Source: Alistipes sp.
GTDB taxonomy: Bacteria > Bacteroidota > Bacteroidia > Bacteroidales > Rikenellaceae
Direction of reading: 5' to 3'
Length of the DNA: 58,430 nt
Assembly: GCA_045657045.1 (NCBI GenBank)
Contig: JAZOSJ010000088.1
Span: 1 to 58,430 of the forward strand
Notes under the pieces: model-generated
What the model was told of the DNA's origin: nothing
The model's database searches: none
Seen by the model: the letters and a program-made list of their open reading frames with translations, nothing else
Position numbers and translations under genes: made by a program
Part shown: positions 57,449-58,430 of the stretch, in pieces
Layout of the letters: every line of letters begins with the position of its first letter
Position numbering within the stretch: the first letter of the stretch is position 1

Positions 57449-58430
57449 CTATACGCACATCTCAAATATACGCACAACATCCTCCTTCGTTAATATCTTG
57501 AAGCCTTTGATGTCGCCATAGCGGCACGCCTTCTCGGCCATTAGCTCGAAGTCCTCGCGCTTGATACCCACCTCGGTAAAGGTGCGCTGCAATCCAAGGT
57601 CCTCGAAAAGGAACTTCTCTGTTCTGCGAATACTCTCACGTGCGATTGTCATCTTATCCTGCGAGGCATCTATACCAAAGACATTTACACCATACTGTAC
57701 ATACTTATCCACGGTGGTATCGTCTAAACAATACTCCATCCAACGTGGTGTCAATATTGCCAAGCCTAGGCCATGCGTGATGTCGTAGACTGCCGATAGC
57801 TCGTGCTCCATAGGGTGACAACTCCACGCCTTGCGCTTACCGCCATTTATAAAGCCATTTATTGCCCACGACGAGCACCACATAAGGTTTGCTCGCGCCT
57901 CATAGTTCTCAGGCTCAGCAAGGGCTACTGGTGCAAACTTAATAATCGTTTTAAGCATACCCTCCATAAAGCAGTCGAGCATAAACAGATCCTCCTGAGT
58001 ATTGAAATATACCTCGATAATATGCGACATTATATCGGCAGCACCAGCCGCTGTCTGAAACTTGCTCACCGAATATGTAAGCGTAGGATCCAAAAATGAC
58101 ACCTTAGGTAGAAGCGCTGGTGCAAGACGACCGAGTTTATCTCCCGTTTCAAGGTTTGATATTACACCCGCAGTATCCATCTCCGAGCCGGTTGCTGCAA
58201 GGGTAAGAATGGTCACAATAGGCAACGCACGCTCCAAAGGCTTGGCATTAGCGCCGAAGAACTCCCATGCGTCGTGCTCCACGCAAGCACCCGCAGCCAT
58301 AAACTTCGTAGCATCGATGGTAGAACCTCCACCTACGGCCAACAAAACGTCGATATTCTGCTCCTTGCAAATCTTCACGCCCTCGCGTACTGACTCGATG
58401 CGTGGGTTGGGCTCGATGCCAGAGAGCTCG
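57449..58430 (-). CDS. Iron-containing alcohol dehydrogenase (BdhA/YqhD-like); 5' end beyond the window
   Basis: Frame stays open to the window end (ELSGIEPNPRIESVREG...). AVGGGSTIDATK, TLAATGSEM, HPMEHELSA.YDITHGLGL. Confidence 0.92.
   Translation of the reverse strand, partial: ELSGIEPNPRIESVREGVKICKEQNIDVLLAVGGGSTIDATKFMAAGACVEHDAWEFFGANAKPLERALPIVTILTLAATGSEMDTAGVISNLETGDKLGRLAPALLPKVSFLDPTLTYSVSKFQTAAGAADIMSHIIEVYFNTQEDLFMLDCFMEGMLKTIIKFAPVALAEPENYEARANLMWCSSWAINGFINGGKRKAWSCHPMEHELSAVYDITHGLGLAILTPRWMEYCLDDTTVDKYVQYGVNVFGIDASQDKMTIARESIRRTEKFLFEDLGLQRTFTEVGIKREDFELMAEKACRYGDIKGFKILTKEDVVRIFEMCV

Overview
This 58.4-kb window is a mostly housekeeping chromosomal segment of a Bacteroidota bacterium, probably Rikenellaceae/Alistipes-like. 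That call is inferred from gene content, many TAnnTTTG -7 promoter boxes and AT-rich translation starts. Core genes: ppdK (partial), mnmA, folE, rimM-rpsP, hsp20, trkA, ald, tRNA-Arg(CCG), lgt, manA, gmk, nadD (TPR-fused), yicC, fprA, znuA/znuC-like genes and an Fe-alcohol dehydrogenase (partial). Other loci: a XusABC-like TonB/DUF4374/PepSY uptake operon, an ECF sigma/DUF4252 cluster, a DcaP-like porin, a TolC/HlyD/ABC-2 efflux operon, an orphan CI-like repressor, an archaeal-type cysteate synthase, ABC transporters, a CatA-like acetyltransferase, GH20 and M23/LysM genes. I found no integrase, transposase, reverse transcriptase or CRISPR array. The most unusual material is non-coding or unannotated. 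(1) At 42.2-45.8 kb, a ~170-nt strand-biased hairpin and an uncalled 40-aa peptide gene precede a mosaic fimbrillin-BACON-BspA LRR lipoprotein. Its 69-bp repeats have a near-invariant framework but hypervariable codons at fixed positions. (2) A ~105-nt structured element lies upstream of an isolated CDP-alcohol phosphatidyltransferase gene bracketed by direct repeats. (3) A family of ~120-130-bp palindromic intergenic elements appears to swap ends and cores. All product names come from motif recognition by eye; no database search was run.
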